Assembly (NCBI RefSeq): GCF_030362935.1
Contig: NZ_JAUCDY010000006.1
Coordinates: forward strand, 58,298-82,297
Direction: 5' to 3'
DNA: 24,000 nucleotides
Source of the DNA: Thiopseudomonas acetoxidans
GTDB lineage: Bacteria; Pseudomonadota; Gammaproteobacteria; Pseudomonadales; Pseudomonadaceae
Within the stretch, counting starts at the first letter, position 1, and the number at the start of each line of letters is the position of its first letter. A model generated the notes under the pieces. It was not told the DNA's origin. It saw only the letters and a list, made by a program, of their open reading frames with translations, and did no database searches. A program made the position numbers and the translations under genes. Below are positions 1 through 9,242 of this stretch, in pieces.

Positions 1-212
1 ATAAAGTTGCTATGCTGAGGGCGGGCATTGAGAATGCGTTCTTGATAGCTTTTCGCTGCCGCTGTATCACGCACTGGGGGAACCAGATTTGGCATAATAA
101 TTGCCCTGCTAAATACCCGAGCAACATCAGGGACAGTATTTTGTAGGGCAGCGTTATCGCGTAAATGAATATGCCAGTCGTCAGGGCGTAATAGAGTGAG
201 GCGATCAGTCAT
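1..212 (-). CDS. pyrC: dihydroorotase, N-terminal fragment (gene continues past the left edge)
   Basis: Hand translation of the minus strand from ATG at 212-210 gives [61 protein letters not shown]... The RPDDWH-x-HLRD and IMPNL pattern is the N-terminus of E. coli-type (class II) dihydroorotase. It is absent from the ORF track because it is truncated. Confidence 0.8.
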   Translation of the reverse strand, partial: MTDRLTLLRPDDWHIHLRDNAALQNTVPDVARVFSRAIIMPNLVPPVRDTAAAKSYQERILNARPQHSNF

Positions 213-332
213 AAGAATGTGTAATCCATAAGCTAAAAGAGTGGTAGTGGCTGAGATTTTGCTCAGAGGCTACCTTGATAAGCACAGATCCTACCGTAAA
301 AGAAACACTAGCGGAACAGTTGCCACTGTTAC

Positions 333-359
333 TCAAGTATTCAGGTGGGTGGTCGATAG
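333..359 (+). promoter_or_regulatory. candidate sigma-28 (FliA) promoter for motY
   Basis: TCAAGTAT-N11-GTCGATAG compared with the enteric FliA consensus TAAAGTTT-N11-GCCGATAA gives 12 of 16 matches with exact spacing. It ends 32 nt upstream of the motY ATG at 391. Confidence 0.45.
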
Positions 360-390
360 AATAACTATTGTAAATATAGGTTTTAATGAT

Positions 391-1287
391 ATGTGCTTTA
401 AACGCTTACTCTCCATTGTGTTTGTTGTAACGCCCGCACTGGCACAGGCGATTACTTTTCAGACACGCATAGAAGATGTGCAGTGGCAGGTAGAGGGCGA
501 TCGTTTTGAATGTCGCCTTACTCAGCCGATTAAAGATTTTGGTGGTGGACTCTTTGTGCGCCGTGCGGGAGAAAAAGCGATTTTTCGGATTCAGGCGCAG
601 GAAGCGTGGTTAAGCCGTGGCAATGCCCAGCTGTATGCCGCTGCTGCACCTTGGCAGCCGGCCGCCAGTGATTTGCAGCTTGGTACTGTCGCTGTGACTA
701 GAGACGAACGTGCGCTTGAGTCTAACCAAACTCAGGCTGGGCGTTTACTTTCGGGCTTATTGGAGGGGCGCTCTCCGGTAGTGCGCCACAGAACCGTGCA
801 GGGCGAACCCTTAGAAGTACGGGTTTTGCCTACTAATTTTGCGCAGGCCTATGACGACTATTTAAAGTGCACAGCCAATCTTCTGCCGGTTAATTATGAT
901 CAGATTAAGCAAAGCATTGTTCGTTTTGACAGCGGTTATGAGTTAAGCGAACAAACGCGCAAGCATTTGGATGTGCTGCTGGAATATATGGCAGAAGATA
1001 AAACGGTTAACCGAGTTTTGCTCGATGGACACTCGGACAGCAGCGGTGATCGTTTGTTAAACCGTGATGTATCACGGCGTAGAGCACTGGCTGTGCAAGC
1101 CTATTTGATGGCTAAGGGAATACCAGAAGAAGACTTTGTCATACGCTTCCATGGCGAACGCTACCCGCTCAAACCTAATACGAATGCGGCCAACCGCGCT
1201 GAGAATAGACGGGTCAGCATTCGTTTAGAGCGCATAGATGAAGAGACTAGGGCGTTGATGGAAAAGATAGGCGCAAACTCCGAATAA
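391..1287 (+). CDS. motY: flagellar stator-associated protein MotY (OmpA-like C-terminal domain)
   Basis: I start at ATG 391 rather than the track's GTG 241, because 391 yields a signal peptide, MCFKRLLSIVFVVTPALAQA. The N-terminal domain (WQVEGDRFECRLTQPI..FGGGLF) is followed by an OmpA/MotB-type peptidoglycan-binding domain (LDGHSDSSGD..SRRRALAVQAYL..NRRVSIRL). This architecture and the position beside pyrC match MotY as arranged in Pseudomonas, from memory. Confidence 0.75.
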   Translation: MCFKRLLSIVFVVTPALAQAITFQTRIEDVQWQVEGDRFECRLTQPIKDFGGGLFVRRAGEKAIFRIQAQEAWLSRGNAQLYAAAAPWQPAASDLQLGTVAVTRDERALESNQTQAGRLLSGLLEGRSPVVRHRTVQGEPLEVRVLPTNFAQAYDDYLKCTANLLPVNYDQIKQSIVRFDSGYELSEQTRKHLDVLLEYMAEDKTVNRVLLDGHSDSSGDRLLNRDVSRRRALAVQAYLMAKGIPEEDFVIRFHGERYPLKPNTNAANRAENRRVSIRLERIDEETRALMEKIGANSE

Positions 1288-1293
1288 CTCGAT

Positions 1294-2322
1294 TTACCGA
1301 ATTGCCGGAGCTTGTTGTAATCCTAGCCATATAGCTAGACGTTCTGCCACACTCGCACCAAAACGTTTTGCAAAACGATCAAAAGGCGAGTCTTGGATGC
1401 TGAAGTCTTGAATGTTGTCTACGCCAATCACTTCGCGCGCAACCAAGCTGCTGTTACCCAGCGCATCAACTAAACCCATCTTTAACGCTTGTTCTCCGGT
1501 CCAGATTAGGCCGGAAAACAGCTCTGGATGTGCGTCAAATTTCAAACGCTCACCGCGCCCTTGTTTCACGCTATTAATAAACTGCTCATGCGTCGTATTT
1601 AATACGGTTTTCCAAAATTCAGTTTCTTCAGCTTTTTGTGGTTGGAAGGGATCCAGAAAAGCTTTGTGCTCGCCGGATGTATATACACGACGCTCGATGC
1701 CAAGCATTTCCAGCGTACCGACAAAACCAAAGCTGGCAGCGGTAACACCGATAGAACCCACAAGGCTTGCCTTATCGGCATAGATTTCGTCGGCAGCGCT
1801 GGCAATATAGTAAGCACCGGAAGCACCTAGATCGCTAATCACGGCATAGACTTTGATGTGTGGGTACAGTTGACGCAGGCGTTGAATTTCATCGTAAATA
1901 TAACCCGACTGCACCGGACTGCCACCTGGGCTATTAATGCGCAGAATAATTCCTTTGGTGTCACTGTCTTGGAACGCATGGCGCAGCGCGCTGACTATCT
2001 TGTCGGCACTGGCTTCTTCACCATCGGCAATCATACCGCGCACTTCAATAAGAGCTGTGTGACTGGTGCCGGGTGACTTTTTATCCATGGTTAGGCTTGG
2101 CGAAAACAAAAAAATCGCGCCAAACAAATACAAAAACGTCAGTGATTTGAAAAAAATACCCCATCGACGTGAGCGTTTTTGTTCTTGCACGCTGGCTAAA
2201 ACGGCTTTTTCTAGCAGCTTCCACGTTTTTGTATCGGTGCTGTCTTGCGGCGCTTGCTGTTTTTGCGCGCTGGATTGTTCTTTCCAGTTATCAGAATTTT
2301 CTTCTTTCCATTGATCGGACAT
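1294..2322 (-). CDS. sppA: S49-family signal peptide peptidase (SppA 36K / SohB-like)
   Basis: 342 aa with an N-terminal TM segment (WGIFFKSLTFLYLFGAIFLF). The ClpP/crotonase-like S49 core includes RINSPGGS and SDLGASGAYYIASAAD. It forms a minus-strand operon with the HAD hydrolase and rluC. Confidence 0.8.
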   Translation of the reverse strand: MSDQWKEENSDNWKEQSSAQKQQAPQDSTDTKTWKLLEKAVLASVQEQKRSRRWGIFFKSLTFLYLFGAIFLFSPSLTMDKKSPGTSHTALIEVRGMIADGEEASADKIVSALRHAFQDSDTKGIILRINSPGGSPVQSGYIYDEIQRLRQLYPHIKVYAVISDLGASGAYYIASAADEIYADKASLVGSIGVTAASFGFVGTLEMLGIERRVYTSGEHKAFLDPFQPQKAEETEFWKTVLNTTHEQFINSVKQGRGERLKFDAHPELFSGLIWTGEQALKMGLVDALGNSSLVAREVIGVDNIQDFSIQDSPFDRFAKRFGASVAERLAIWLGLQQAPAIR

Positions 2323-2351
2323 GCTGTTGTTCCTGTGTGTATCTCTTAAGT

Positions 2352-3008
2352 CTACTTGGATAGCCAGTGTGCTAATTCATCGAAATGATCAATAGCCAAA
2401 ACGGGCTGCTCTGCGAGTAAAATATTTAATGGTTGCGCACCATAACTGACCGCGACACCAGCGATCTGTGCGTTATTCGCCATTTGTAAGTCGAAGGGTG
2501 AATCGCCGACCATGATGGCTTGCTCAGGTGTTTTCTGGCAGTGCTGTAATATCTGCTGCAACATTAAGGGGTTCGGTTTGCCTTTGGTTTCATCAGCGCA
2601 GCGCGTGATATGGAAAAAGTCTTCTAGCTGATGACCGCGCAAAATAAGGTCTAAGCCACGTCGGCTTTTTCCAGTAGCGACTGCCAATTGATAGCCCGCT
2701 GCTTTAAAATCGTCCAGCGCATCACGCACACCGGGATAAAAAGGCGAGGGTTGCTGTTCCAAAAAGAAATAATGTTTGGCATAGGCTTGGCGGAAAATTT
2801 CCCGTAGCGGTTCATCATTAACCTCTGGATACAGCACATCAAAGGCTTCCAGTAAGGACAAACCGATAATGGCGTGAATTTCATCAGTGCTACGCGGTGG
2901 GATTTGGCAGTGTTGTGCTGCAACTTGCATGGCTTCAACAATACGCGGTAAGGATTTTACTAACGTGCCGTCCCAATCAAAGATTAGGAGGCGGATATTT
3001 TTATTCAC
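2352..3008 (-). CDS. HAD-IA family hydrolase (phosphoglycolate-phosphatase-like)
   Basis: HAD motif I is LIFDWDGTL and motif IV is GDSPFD. The GTG start at 3008 overlaps the rluC stop by 8 nt (GTGAATAA), which suggests translational coupling. Confidence 0.75.
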   Translation of the reverse strand: MNKNIRLLIFDWDGTLVKSLPRIVEAMQVAAQHCQIPPRSTDEIHAIIGLSLLEAFDVLYPEVNDEPLREIFRQAYAKHYFFLEQQPSPFYPGVRDALDDFKAAGYQLAVATGKSRRGLDLILRGHQLEDFFHITRCADETKGKPNPLMLQQILQHCQKTPEQAIMVGDSPFDLQMANNAQIAGVAVSYGAQPLNILLAEQPVLAIDHFDELAHWLSK

Positions 3009-3957
3009 TCAAAGACTCCAAAACGTGCTGCCAGCTTTCATCGGGTTCAGCGTGCAGCTCTAATGCTTGCCCATCACTGAGCTTAAGCTTAAGAAAATGC
3101 GCGTGCAAAAACAGGCGTTTGCCGCCCAGTTCGCGGATGGCTTTAGAAAACTCTTCATCACCATACTTGCTGTCACCAGCGATTGGGTGACCGGCATACA
3201 GAGCGTGTACGCGAATTTGGTGGGTGCGTCCGGTAATAGGGTTGGCTTGTACCAGCGTGGCGAAATCAGCAAAACGGCGGATAACTTTAAACTCAGTTAA
3301 TGAGTCTTTACCGGCTTGATTGACTTCAACCATGCGCTCACCGGAGCGCAAGTTGCTGCGCATCAGTGGAGCATCGACACGTTTACGACTCGCCGGCCAG
3401 CGTCCGGAGACGAGAGCCAGATAGCCTTTATCAATGGTGCCGTTACGCAAGGCTTCATGCAGGTGACGTAATTGGCTACGTTTTTTCGCCAACATCAGCA
3501 AACCCGATGTATCCCTGTCGAGACGGTGTATCAATTCAAGCTCGCTGCATTGTGGACGTAATTGGCGGAAGGCTTCGATAATGCCGAAATTTAAGCCGCT
3601 GCCGCCATGTACGGCAATGCCGGCGGGTTTGTTCACCACCAGCAAGCTGTTGTCTTCATAAACAATAGCCGCTTCAAGGCGTGCTAATAAACCTTGGGCA
3701 ATTTGGGCGGGAGCGTTAGGTTCACTGACGCGTACGGGTGGAATACGCAAAACATCACCAGCACATAAACGATAATCAGGTTTTATGCGGCCCTTATTCA
3801 CCCGCACTTCACCTTTGCGTAAAATGCGGTAGATGAGCGTTTTGGGTACGCCTTTTAAACGGGTCAGCAAAAAATTATCTATTCGTTGCCCAGCGTAACT
3901 GGCTTCGATCTCGATAAGCTGTACTTTTGTAGGAAGATCTGGGGTGGTCTTAGTCAT
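3001..3957 (-). CDS. rluC: 23S rRNA pseudouridine synthase RluC (RluA family, S4 domain)
   Basis: An S4-like N-terminus ([30 protein letters not shown]) is followed by the catalytic HRLDRDTSG motif. I prefer the start at ATG 3957 (MTKTTPDL...) over the track's 4020. It is divergent from rne, the conserved rluC-rne arrangement. Confidence 0.85.
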   Translation of the reverse strand: MTKTTPDLPTKVQLIEIEASYAGQRIDNFLLTRLKGVPKTLIYRILRKGEVRVNKGRIKPDYRLCAGDVLRIPPVRVSEPNAPAQIAQGLLARLEAAIVYEDNSLLVVNKPAGIAVHGGSGLNFGIIEAFRQLRPQCSELELIHRLDRDTSGLLMLAKKRSQLRHLHEALRNGTIDKGYLALVSGRWPASRKRVDAPLMRSNLRSGERMVEVNQAGKDSLTEFKVIRRFADFATLVQANPITGRTHQIRVHALYAGHPIAGDSKYGDEEFSKAIRELGGKRLFLHAHFLKLKLSDGQALELHAEPDESWQHVLESLSE

Positions 3958-4283
3958 GTTGCATAGCATAACAATTTTATAGCAATTGAAGCAGCCCCCA
4001 GATGCTGTTATATTCAGCAAGCTAACTTAAGTAAGTAGTCGGAACTGTAAGTGAGCTCTTAGTGGGTTGTTAGCACAGACGCAGCGACGTGCAGAACCAA
4101 GTATATTGATTGTAGAGGTTCTGTGTTGCTAAACACCGGTTGTAACACCCCCCGTAATCACACTAGAGCTTGTTAATGAAGGTGCATAATCTAACTTAAA
4201 TATCAGCGTCCTGAACCGCAGTTTAGCTTGAGTAACAGGCTGCTCAATTTAAAATTTAATGAAATTGGCCTGAAAAATAATCC

Positions 4284-4310
4284 GCAAACGCTGTTAAAGC
4301 GTTTGTTTTT
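4284..4310 (+). terminator. terminator-like hairpin plus T5 run inside the rne upstream region (possible attenuator)
   Basis: CAAACGCT / AGCGTTTG forms an 8-bp stem (4285-4292 / 4298-4305) with a 5-nt loop, immediately followed by TTTTT (4306-4310). It lies about 310 nt upstream of the rne ATG. Confidence 0.3.
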
Positions 4311-4317
4311 GATAAAC

Positions 4318-4342
4318 CCGCTCATGGAAAGCCGAGCGGCAC
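4318..4342 (+). repeat. hairpin motif copy 1 (CCGCTCATGGA ... GAGCGGCAC)
   Basis: It shares the 11-mer CCGCTCATGGA and the 9-mer GAGCGGCAC, in the same order and orientation, with the hairpin at 11672-11706. Here the stem is 6 bp (4318-4323 / 4334-4339). Confidence 0.4.
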
Positions 4343-4617
4343 CCGAGTTTTCATAGGTATTGTGAAGGGTGGAGATGCACAATCACTGAACAGCGTAGCT
4401 CGAACAAGAGCTTAGATGCCAAAGCGTCCGCGTTTATATTGATTCCTCCTCCTGATTTTAACCAGCGCCTGCGCTGAACAAATGGATACGCTGTCGCAGC
4501 ACCAGATTATCTGCTGTTTGCTAGACACGGTTAGCTACCCGCTGACTGCGCGAACCCCGCACAACCAATGAGGTCGTGTGCCAATTGCTTTCCGTGACTA
4601 CGGAAACTTGGTAAACA

Positions 4618-7521
4618 ATGAAAAGAATGCTAATTAACGCAACTCAGCCCGAAGAGTTGCGTGTTGCTTTGGTGGATGGTCAACGTTTGTTTGATCTAGA
4701 CATCGAGTCGGGCGCTCGTGAGCAAAAAAAATCCAACATCTACAAAGGACGTATCACTCGGATTGAGCCTAGTTTAGAAGCCGCTTTTGTTGACTTCGGC
4801 TCAGAACGTCATGGCTTTTTGCCCCTCAAAGAAATCTCCCGCGAATACTTTAACAAGCAATTTGATGGCGGCCGCGTCAACATCAAAGATGTGCTTAATG
4901 AAGGCCAGGAAGTTATTGTTCAGGTTGATAAAGAAGAGCGCGGCAACAAGGGCGCAGCGTTAACAACTTTTATCAGTCTGGCAGGTCGCTATTTAGTACT
5001 GATGCCTAACAACCCCCGTGCAGGTGGTATCTCTCGCCGTATTGAAGGAGATGAGCGTACCGAGTTGCGTGAGGCGCTCAGCAGTCTGAATGCACCTGCT
5101 GATATGGGCTTAATTGTACGTACGGCAGGTTTGGGACGTAGTTCTGAAGAATTGCAGTGGGACTTGGATTATCTCGTCCAACTTTGGACAGCCATCAAAG
5201 AGGCTGCCGTGGGTCGTAGCGCACCTTTCCTTATTTATCAAGAAAGTAACGTGATTATCCGCGCTATTCGCGACTATTTACGTCAGGATATCGGTGAAGT
5301 ATTGATCGACTCGGTTGAAGCCTATGATGAAGCGCTGAGCTTTATTCAGCAGGTTATGCCGGTCTATGCCAATAAAGTTAAGCAGTATCAGGACAGTGTT
5401 CCACTGTTTAACCGCTTCCAAATTGAAAGCCAAATTGAAACGGCTTTCCAGCGCGAAGTTAAACTGCCGTCCGGCGGCGCCTTGGTGATTGACCCAACAG
5501 AAGCGTTGGTATCCATTGACATTAACTCCGCACGCGCTACACGCGGTAGTGATATTGAAGAAACAGCCCTACAAACCAACCTTGAAGCGGCAGAAGAAAT
5601 TGCTCGTCAATTACGCCTGCGTGATATTGGTGGCCTGATTGTTATCGACTTTATCGATATGACGCCAATGAAAAACCAGCGTGCCGTAGAAGAGCGCATG
5701 CGTGAGTGTTTGGAAGCAGACCGTGCCCGAGTACAAATTGGTCGTATTTCACGCTTTGGCTTGTTAGAAATGTCCCGTCAGCGTCTGCGTCCGTCCCTGG
5801 GTGAAACCAGCGGCGTGGTTTGCCCACGCTGTAATGGCCAGGGTGTGATTCGTGATGTTGAGTCTATTTCCTTGGCAATTTTACGCTTAATCGAAGAAGA
5901 AGCTCTAAAAGAGCGCACTGCAGAAGTGCGTGCACGTGTGCCTACGCAAGTAGCAGCTTTCTTGTTGAATGAAAAGCGCAATGCAATTACGAAAATTGAA
6001 CTGCGTACCCGTGTACGTATTTTTATCCTTCCTGATGAACATCTAGATACCCCGCACTTTGAAGTGACGCGTGTACGTGAAGATAGCCCTGAAGCTTTGT
6101 CTGGCCTGTCGAGCTACGAAATGTCGGCGGAAGAATCGGAAGATACCTCTGTAGCAGCCAGCACAACACGCTCGCTGGTGCGTGAAGAAGCAGTAGTGAA
6201 AACCGGTGTGGCAGATCGTAATGCTGTAACACGTCAAGCGCCTAACCCGCAAACGCGCAGTCCTCATCCACAGGCACGAGTAGCAGAGGCAGGGTTGCTG
6301 AAAGGTTTGGTTAAGTCTTTGGTGGGTATCTTTGCTAGCAAAGAAGAAGAGCCTGCCAAGCCTGAGGCAAAACCGGAAACAGCGCGCACCACTCAGCAGG
6401 ATGGACGTCGTAATACACGTACAGCGAATCCGCGCAATAACCGCGACTCTCGTCAGCGTGATGACGAGCGTAAAAACCGTGATAACCGCGAACCACGTGA
6501 AAATCGTGATAATCAAGAAACTCAGTCTACCCGTCGCGAGCGTCCAAGCCGTGATACGCGCACTGCTGAGCCAGCAGAAAAGAGAACCACGCGTAACCCG
6601 CAAACACGCACGCAAAATAACAATGAAGAGCAATCTTCATCTACCGCGCGCCGCTCACGTGATGCTGAGTCGGTAGACAAAGCGGAACAGGTGGTAGATG
6701 AGTTGAATGTTGAAAACCAACAGAGCACCAATGGACAAACTGAAGAAGAGCGTCCACGTCGTCGCACACGCGGCCAACGTCGTCGTCCTACGCGCCGTGA
6801 TCGTCAACCGGATACCGGTGAGAGCGATAACAGCCAGGATTCTGCAGCGGCGACCACAGAGCAGGCTGTAAGTAATGATGAGCGTCAAGTCCCGGTTGCA
6901 GCAAAGCAGCCCACTAAACCAAGCGATGAGCGGCCTGTAAAAGAGGCTGTTGTTGGCTTTGATCCGAACGCTGAAAAAGTAGCCGAAGTTTCAACTCCTG
7001 CGATTCAAATTGAAGAGCCTAAGGCTTTATTGCAAATTAGCGAACCGCAAGAGTCGACACCGACACCTGAAAAATCCGAGCCAGCGCAAGCTGAAGTAGT
7101 GCAGAAAAGCCTTGGTTTGAAGGCTGAAGAGCCAGCAGCTCCAGTTGTAGCGAAGACAGAGCCGGTTGCCCCAGAGCAACCCGTACGCCCCGTAGGTCGC
7201 GCGCCAAACGACCCGCGTGAGCGTCGTCGTTTAGAACGCCTAGCAAAAGAGCAGGCTGCAAAAGCGCAAGCAGAAAGTGTTGCTCAGGCCCCAGCCGCAG
7301 AGCCTGCAGCTGAAGTACAGCAGCAAAGCCTGATCCAAGAGCCTGTGCAGCAGATAGACATGCTTGCACAAACTCCAGCAACCGAAAAGGTAGAGCACGA
7401 AGTGGCTAAGCCTGAGGTTGAAGCTGAAGTGGCAGAGCAGTCGCAGTCAGAGGTCAAGCCGACTGCTGCTGAGGCGACCCAAACTGATGCTGAGGCTGAG
7501 CAGGATAACAAACAGCAGTAA
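4618..7521 (+). CDS. rne: ribonuclease E
   Basis: 967 aa. The N-terminus [28 protein letters not shown]...[19 protein letters not shown] is essentially identical to E. coli RNase E. It has an S1 domain, the Zn-link CPRCNGQG, and then a low-complexity Arg/Glu/Pro/Ala-rich C-terminal scaffold half. Confidence 0.97.
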   Translation: MKRMLINATQPEELRVALVDGQRLFDLDIESGAREQKKSNIYKGRITRIEPSLEAAFVDFGSERHGFLPLKEISREYFNKQFDGGRVNIKDVLNEGQEVIVQVDKEERGNKGAALTTFISLAGRYLVLMPNNPRAGGISRRIEGDERTELREALSSLNAPADMGLIVRTAGLGRSSEELQWDLDYLVQLWTAIKEAAVGRSAPFLIYQESNVIIRAIRDYLRQDIGEVLIDSVEAYDEALSFIQQVMPVYANKVKQYQDSVPLFNRFQIESQIETAFQREVKLPSGGALVIDPTEALVSIDINSARATRGSDIEETALQTNLEAAEEIARQLRLRDIGGLIVIDFIDMTPMKNQRAVEERMRECLEADRARVQIGRISRFGLLEMSRQRLRPSLGETSGVVCPRCNGQGVIRDVESISLAILRLIEEEALKERTAEVRARVPTQVAAFLLNEKRNAITKIELRTRVRIFILPDEHLDTPHFEVTRVREDSPEALSGLSSYEMSAEESEDTSVAASTTRSLVREEAVVKTGVADRNAVTRQAPNPQTRSPHPQARVAEAGLLKGLVKSLVGIFASKEEEPAKPEAKPETARTTQQDGRRNTRTANPRNNRDSRQRDDERKNRDNREPRENRDNQETQSTRRERPSRDTRTAEPAEKRTTRNPQTRTQNNNEEQSSSTARRSRDAESVDKAEQVVDELNVENQQSTNGQTEEERPRRRTRGQRRRPTRRDRQPDTGESDNSQDSAAATTEQAVSNDERQVPVAAKQPTKPSDERPVKEAVVGFDPNAEKVAEVSTPAIQIEEPKALLQISEPQESTPTPEKSEPAQAEVVQKSLGLKAEEPAAPVVAKTEPVAPEQPVRPVGRAPNDPRERRRLERLAKEQAAKAQAESVAQAPAAEPAAEVQQQSLIQEPVQQIDMLAQTPATEKVEHEVAKPEVEAEVAEQSQSEVKPTAAEATQTDAEAEQDNKQQ

Positions 7522-7537
7522 AGAAGTAGGATAATAG

Positions 7538-7568
7538 GCTCAGGCTTGTGACCCCCACAGGTTTGAGC
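7538..7568 (+). terminator. plus-strand-specific stem-loop 17 nt downstream of the rne stop (candidate rne 3' end structure)
   Basis: A 13-bp stem (7538-7550 / 7556-7568) with loop ACCCC. Three of the pairs are G-U, so the helix exists only in the plus-strand RNA. A TTTT run follows, but only after 5 nt (7574-7577), so it is not a canonical intrinsic terminator. Confidence 0.3.
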
Positions 7569-7577
7569 AGCGGTTTT

Positions 7578-7616
7578 GACAGGCTCAGCCAGTGTTGCAT
7601 TCTAGTTGAGCCTGTC
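7578..7616. other. 12-bp inverted repeat / stem-loop in the rne-lnt convergent spacer
   Basis: GACAGGCTCAGC (7578-7589) pairs with GTTGAGCCTGTC (7605-7616) through 11 Watson-Crick pairs and 1 G-U, with a 15-nt loop. Two shorter hairpins follow at 7619-7625/7643-7649 and 7673-7678/7684-7689. Confidence 0.4.
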
Positions 7617-7725
7617 TCAGTCGTTACCTACAGCTTGGCTCGAACGACTCCCCCCTACGCTAATTCTTGGCGTTCGCCTTTCGGGCGAATACACCCATAC
7701 AAATATAGATATAGGCAGTGCGCTA

Positions 7726-9237
7726 TTAGCGCTTGCGCAAACCCAGTCCGAGTATCAACACGCAGACAAGAACTAACGGCCAAGAGCCAAAGCGCAAATA
7801 AGGTGTTAAGCCCTGCATAGGTTTTACCTCACCCACGAGTACACCTTGTTCAAACTGCGGTATTTGCTGTTCGATACGTCCCTGTGGATTGATAATCGCG
7901 GTCACACCGTTATTGGTTGCACGGATCATCCAGCGGCCGGCTTCTAATGCGCGCATCTGCGCCATTTGCAGGTGTTGTAGAGGACCGATCGAGGTGCCAA
8001 ACCAAGTGTCATTGCTGATAGTGAGCAAAATTTCACTGTGTGCGGCCAGCTTACGCGCAAAATCCGGATAGACCACTTCATAGCAAATATAGGGGGCAAT
8101 GCGTTGCTGTTTGGCCATAAGTGGTGGTTGATTGCTGGGCCCGCGGGCAAAGTCGGACATGGGTAGATCAAACAATTCAATGACACCGCGAAGCAGGTCT
8201 TGTAATGGCACGTACTCACCAAAGGGCACTAATTTTTGCTTAAGGTATTCACCCGAGGCATCGCCCAGGGTGGTGATGCCGTTGTAAAGTTTTGCTTGGC
8301 CTTCACTGTTTAGATGACGCATAGGAATGCCGGTAATCAGTGCAGATTGGCGTTGTTGTGCAAAGGTGTCGAGATGGCGCAAAAAGTCTGTAGCGCTAGT
8401 TTGCAAAACAGGTATGGCGTTTTCTGGCCAGACGAGTAGATCAACCTGAGGTGTGGTTAAGCTTAGCTGCTGGTAAAGAATAAGCTGGTTACTAACCTGA
8501 GCCGGATCCCATTTCATGGATTGCTCAATGTTGCCTTGCACTGCAGCCACTGTGAGTGGCGCGCCTGCTGTGTCAGTCCAGTTCATTAGTTGCAGCAAAA
8601 CTGTCATTAACCAAACAGGCACTAGCACGCCAGCATAAAGTGGCCATTGGCGGCGTGCTTGTTTGCAGGCCAGTAAATTGATGAGTAATGCGCTGCTTAA
8701 GGCGAGCACAAAAGAGATGAGCCAAACACCACCTACAGGTGCTAAACCAGCCAACGGTCCGTCCAGTTGGCTATAGCCGATGTAGAGCCACGGAAAACCG
8801 GTTAGAAACCAACCACGGAAAAACTCCGTAGCCACCCACAGTGCCGCAAAGACTAAGGCATTGCTCAGGCTATATTGTGCTTGACGTAAAAAATTTGCCC
8901 AGCACCAAGCGAAAGCCGCAAGAAAAAGAGCCAGTCCCGCAACGAAAGCTAAAGTAAGTGCTCCTGCTAGCACGGGTGGGGCAGAGCCGTAGTCATGGAT
9001 GCTGACATACACCCAGCTCACGCCACTGGCAAACAGTCCAAAGCCGAATAGCCAGCCACGCATAGCCGCTTGACTTGGGGTTAGCCTTTGCAGCAGCAAA
9101 TAACATAGCGCAACGGCTACCAAAGCCAATGGCCATAGATTAAAAGGGGCTAAAGAAAAGGTAATCAACCCGCCAGCCAGTACGGACAGCAGATTGCCTT
9201 GCCAGCCGTAACGCAATACGGATGCGGGATCAAACAT
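7726..9237 (-). CDS. lnt: apolipoprotein N-acyltransferase
   Basis: 503 aa. A multi-TM N-terminal half is followed by a CN-hydrolase domain (VVWPENAIP ... APYICYEVVYPDF). It is the last gene of the ybeZ-ybeY-corC-lnt cluster. Confidence 0.92.
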   Translation of the reverse strand: MFDPASVLRYGWQGNLLSVLAGGLITFSLAPFNLWPLALVAVALCYLLLQRLTPSQAAMRGWLFGFGLFASGVSWVYVSIHDYGSAPPVLAGALTLAFVAGLALFLAAFAWCWANFLRQAQYSLSNALVFAALWVATEFFRGWFLTGFPWLYIGYSQLDGPLAGLAPVGGVWLISFVLALSSALLINLLACKQARRQWPLYAGVLVPVWLMTVLLQLMNWTDTAGAPLTVAAVQGNIEQSMKWDPAQVSNQLILYQQLSLTTPQVDLLVWPENAIPVLQTSATDFLRHLDTFAQQRQSALITGIPMRHLNSEGQAKLYNGITTLGDASGEYLKQKLVPFGEYVPLQDLLRGVIELFDLPMSDFARGPSNQPPLMAKQQRIAPYICYEVVYPDFARKLAAHSEILLTISNDTWFGTSIGPLQHLQMAQMRALEAGRWMIRATNNGVTAIINPQGRIEQQIPQFEQGVLVGEVKPMQGLTPYLRFGSWPLVLVCVLILGLGLRKR

Positions 9238-9242
9238 GGTGA

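Larger units (their letters stand above)
3958..4617 (+). promoter_or_regulatory. rluC-rne divergent control region including the long structured rne 5' leader
   Basis: This is a 660-nt non-coding gap upstream of rne with no ORF of 60 aa or more. It carries several stem-loops: 4092-4098/4117-4123, 4285-4292/4298-4305, 4318-4323/4334-4339, and 4589-4595/4600-4606, the last lying just before the start codon. RNase E genes are known to carry long autoregulatory 5' UTRs. The TSS is not determinable from sequence. Confidence 0.6.

Noticed and set aside
241-390. N-terminal extensions offered by the ORF track for motY (GTG 241), rluC (to 4020), the L,D-transpeptidase (to 19047), the Nudix gene (from 19164) and elbB (12386)
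   Set aside because: Internal ATG starts give proper signal peptides or family-typical N-termini (MCFKRLL.., MTKTTPDL.., MRTRFF.., MLLDEAV.., MSKKVAVILSGCG with GGAGA at -6). The extensions add non-homologous residues.
6043-6633. 196-aa ORF antisense to rne, plus other shadow ORFs in the rne C-terminal region (6023-6232, 6332-6676, 6522-6767, 6655-6888, 7037-7381, 7284-7511)
   Set aside because: They lie entirely within the low-complexity, purine-codon-rich half of rne, where the biased composition depletes stop codons in other frames. The predicted peptides are Cys/Arg/Phe/Thr-rich nonsense, without SD sequences or recognisable motifs.
7548-7820. 90-aa plus-strand ORF spanning the rne-lnt spacer and the lnt 3' end
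   Set aside because: It has a GTG start without an SD, runs through the hairpin cluster and overlaps the lnt coding end. The peptide has no recognisable features. The region is better explained as structured non-coding RNA/DNA.
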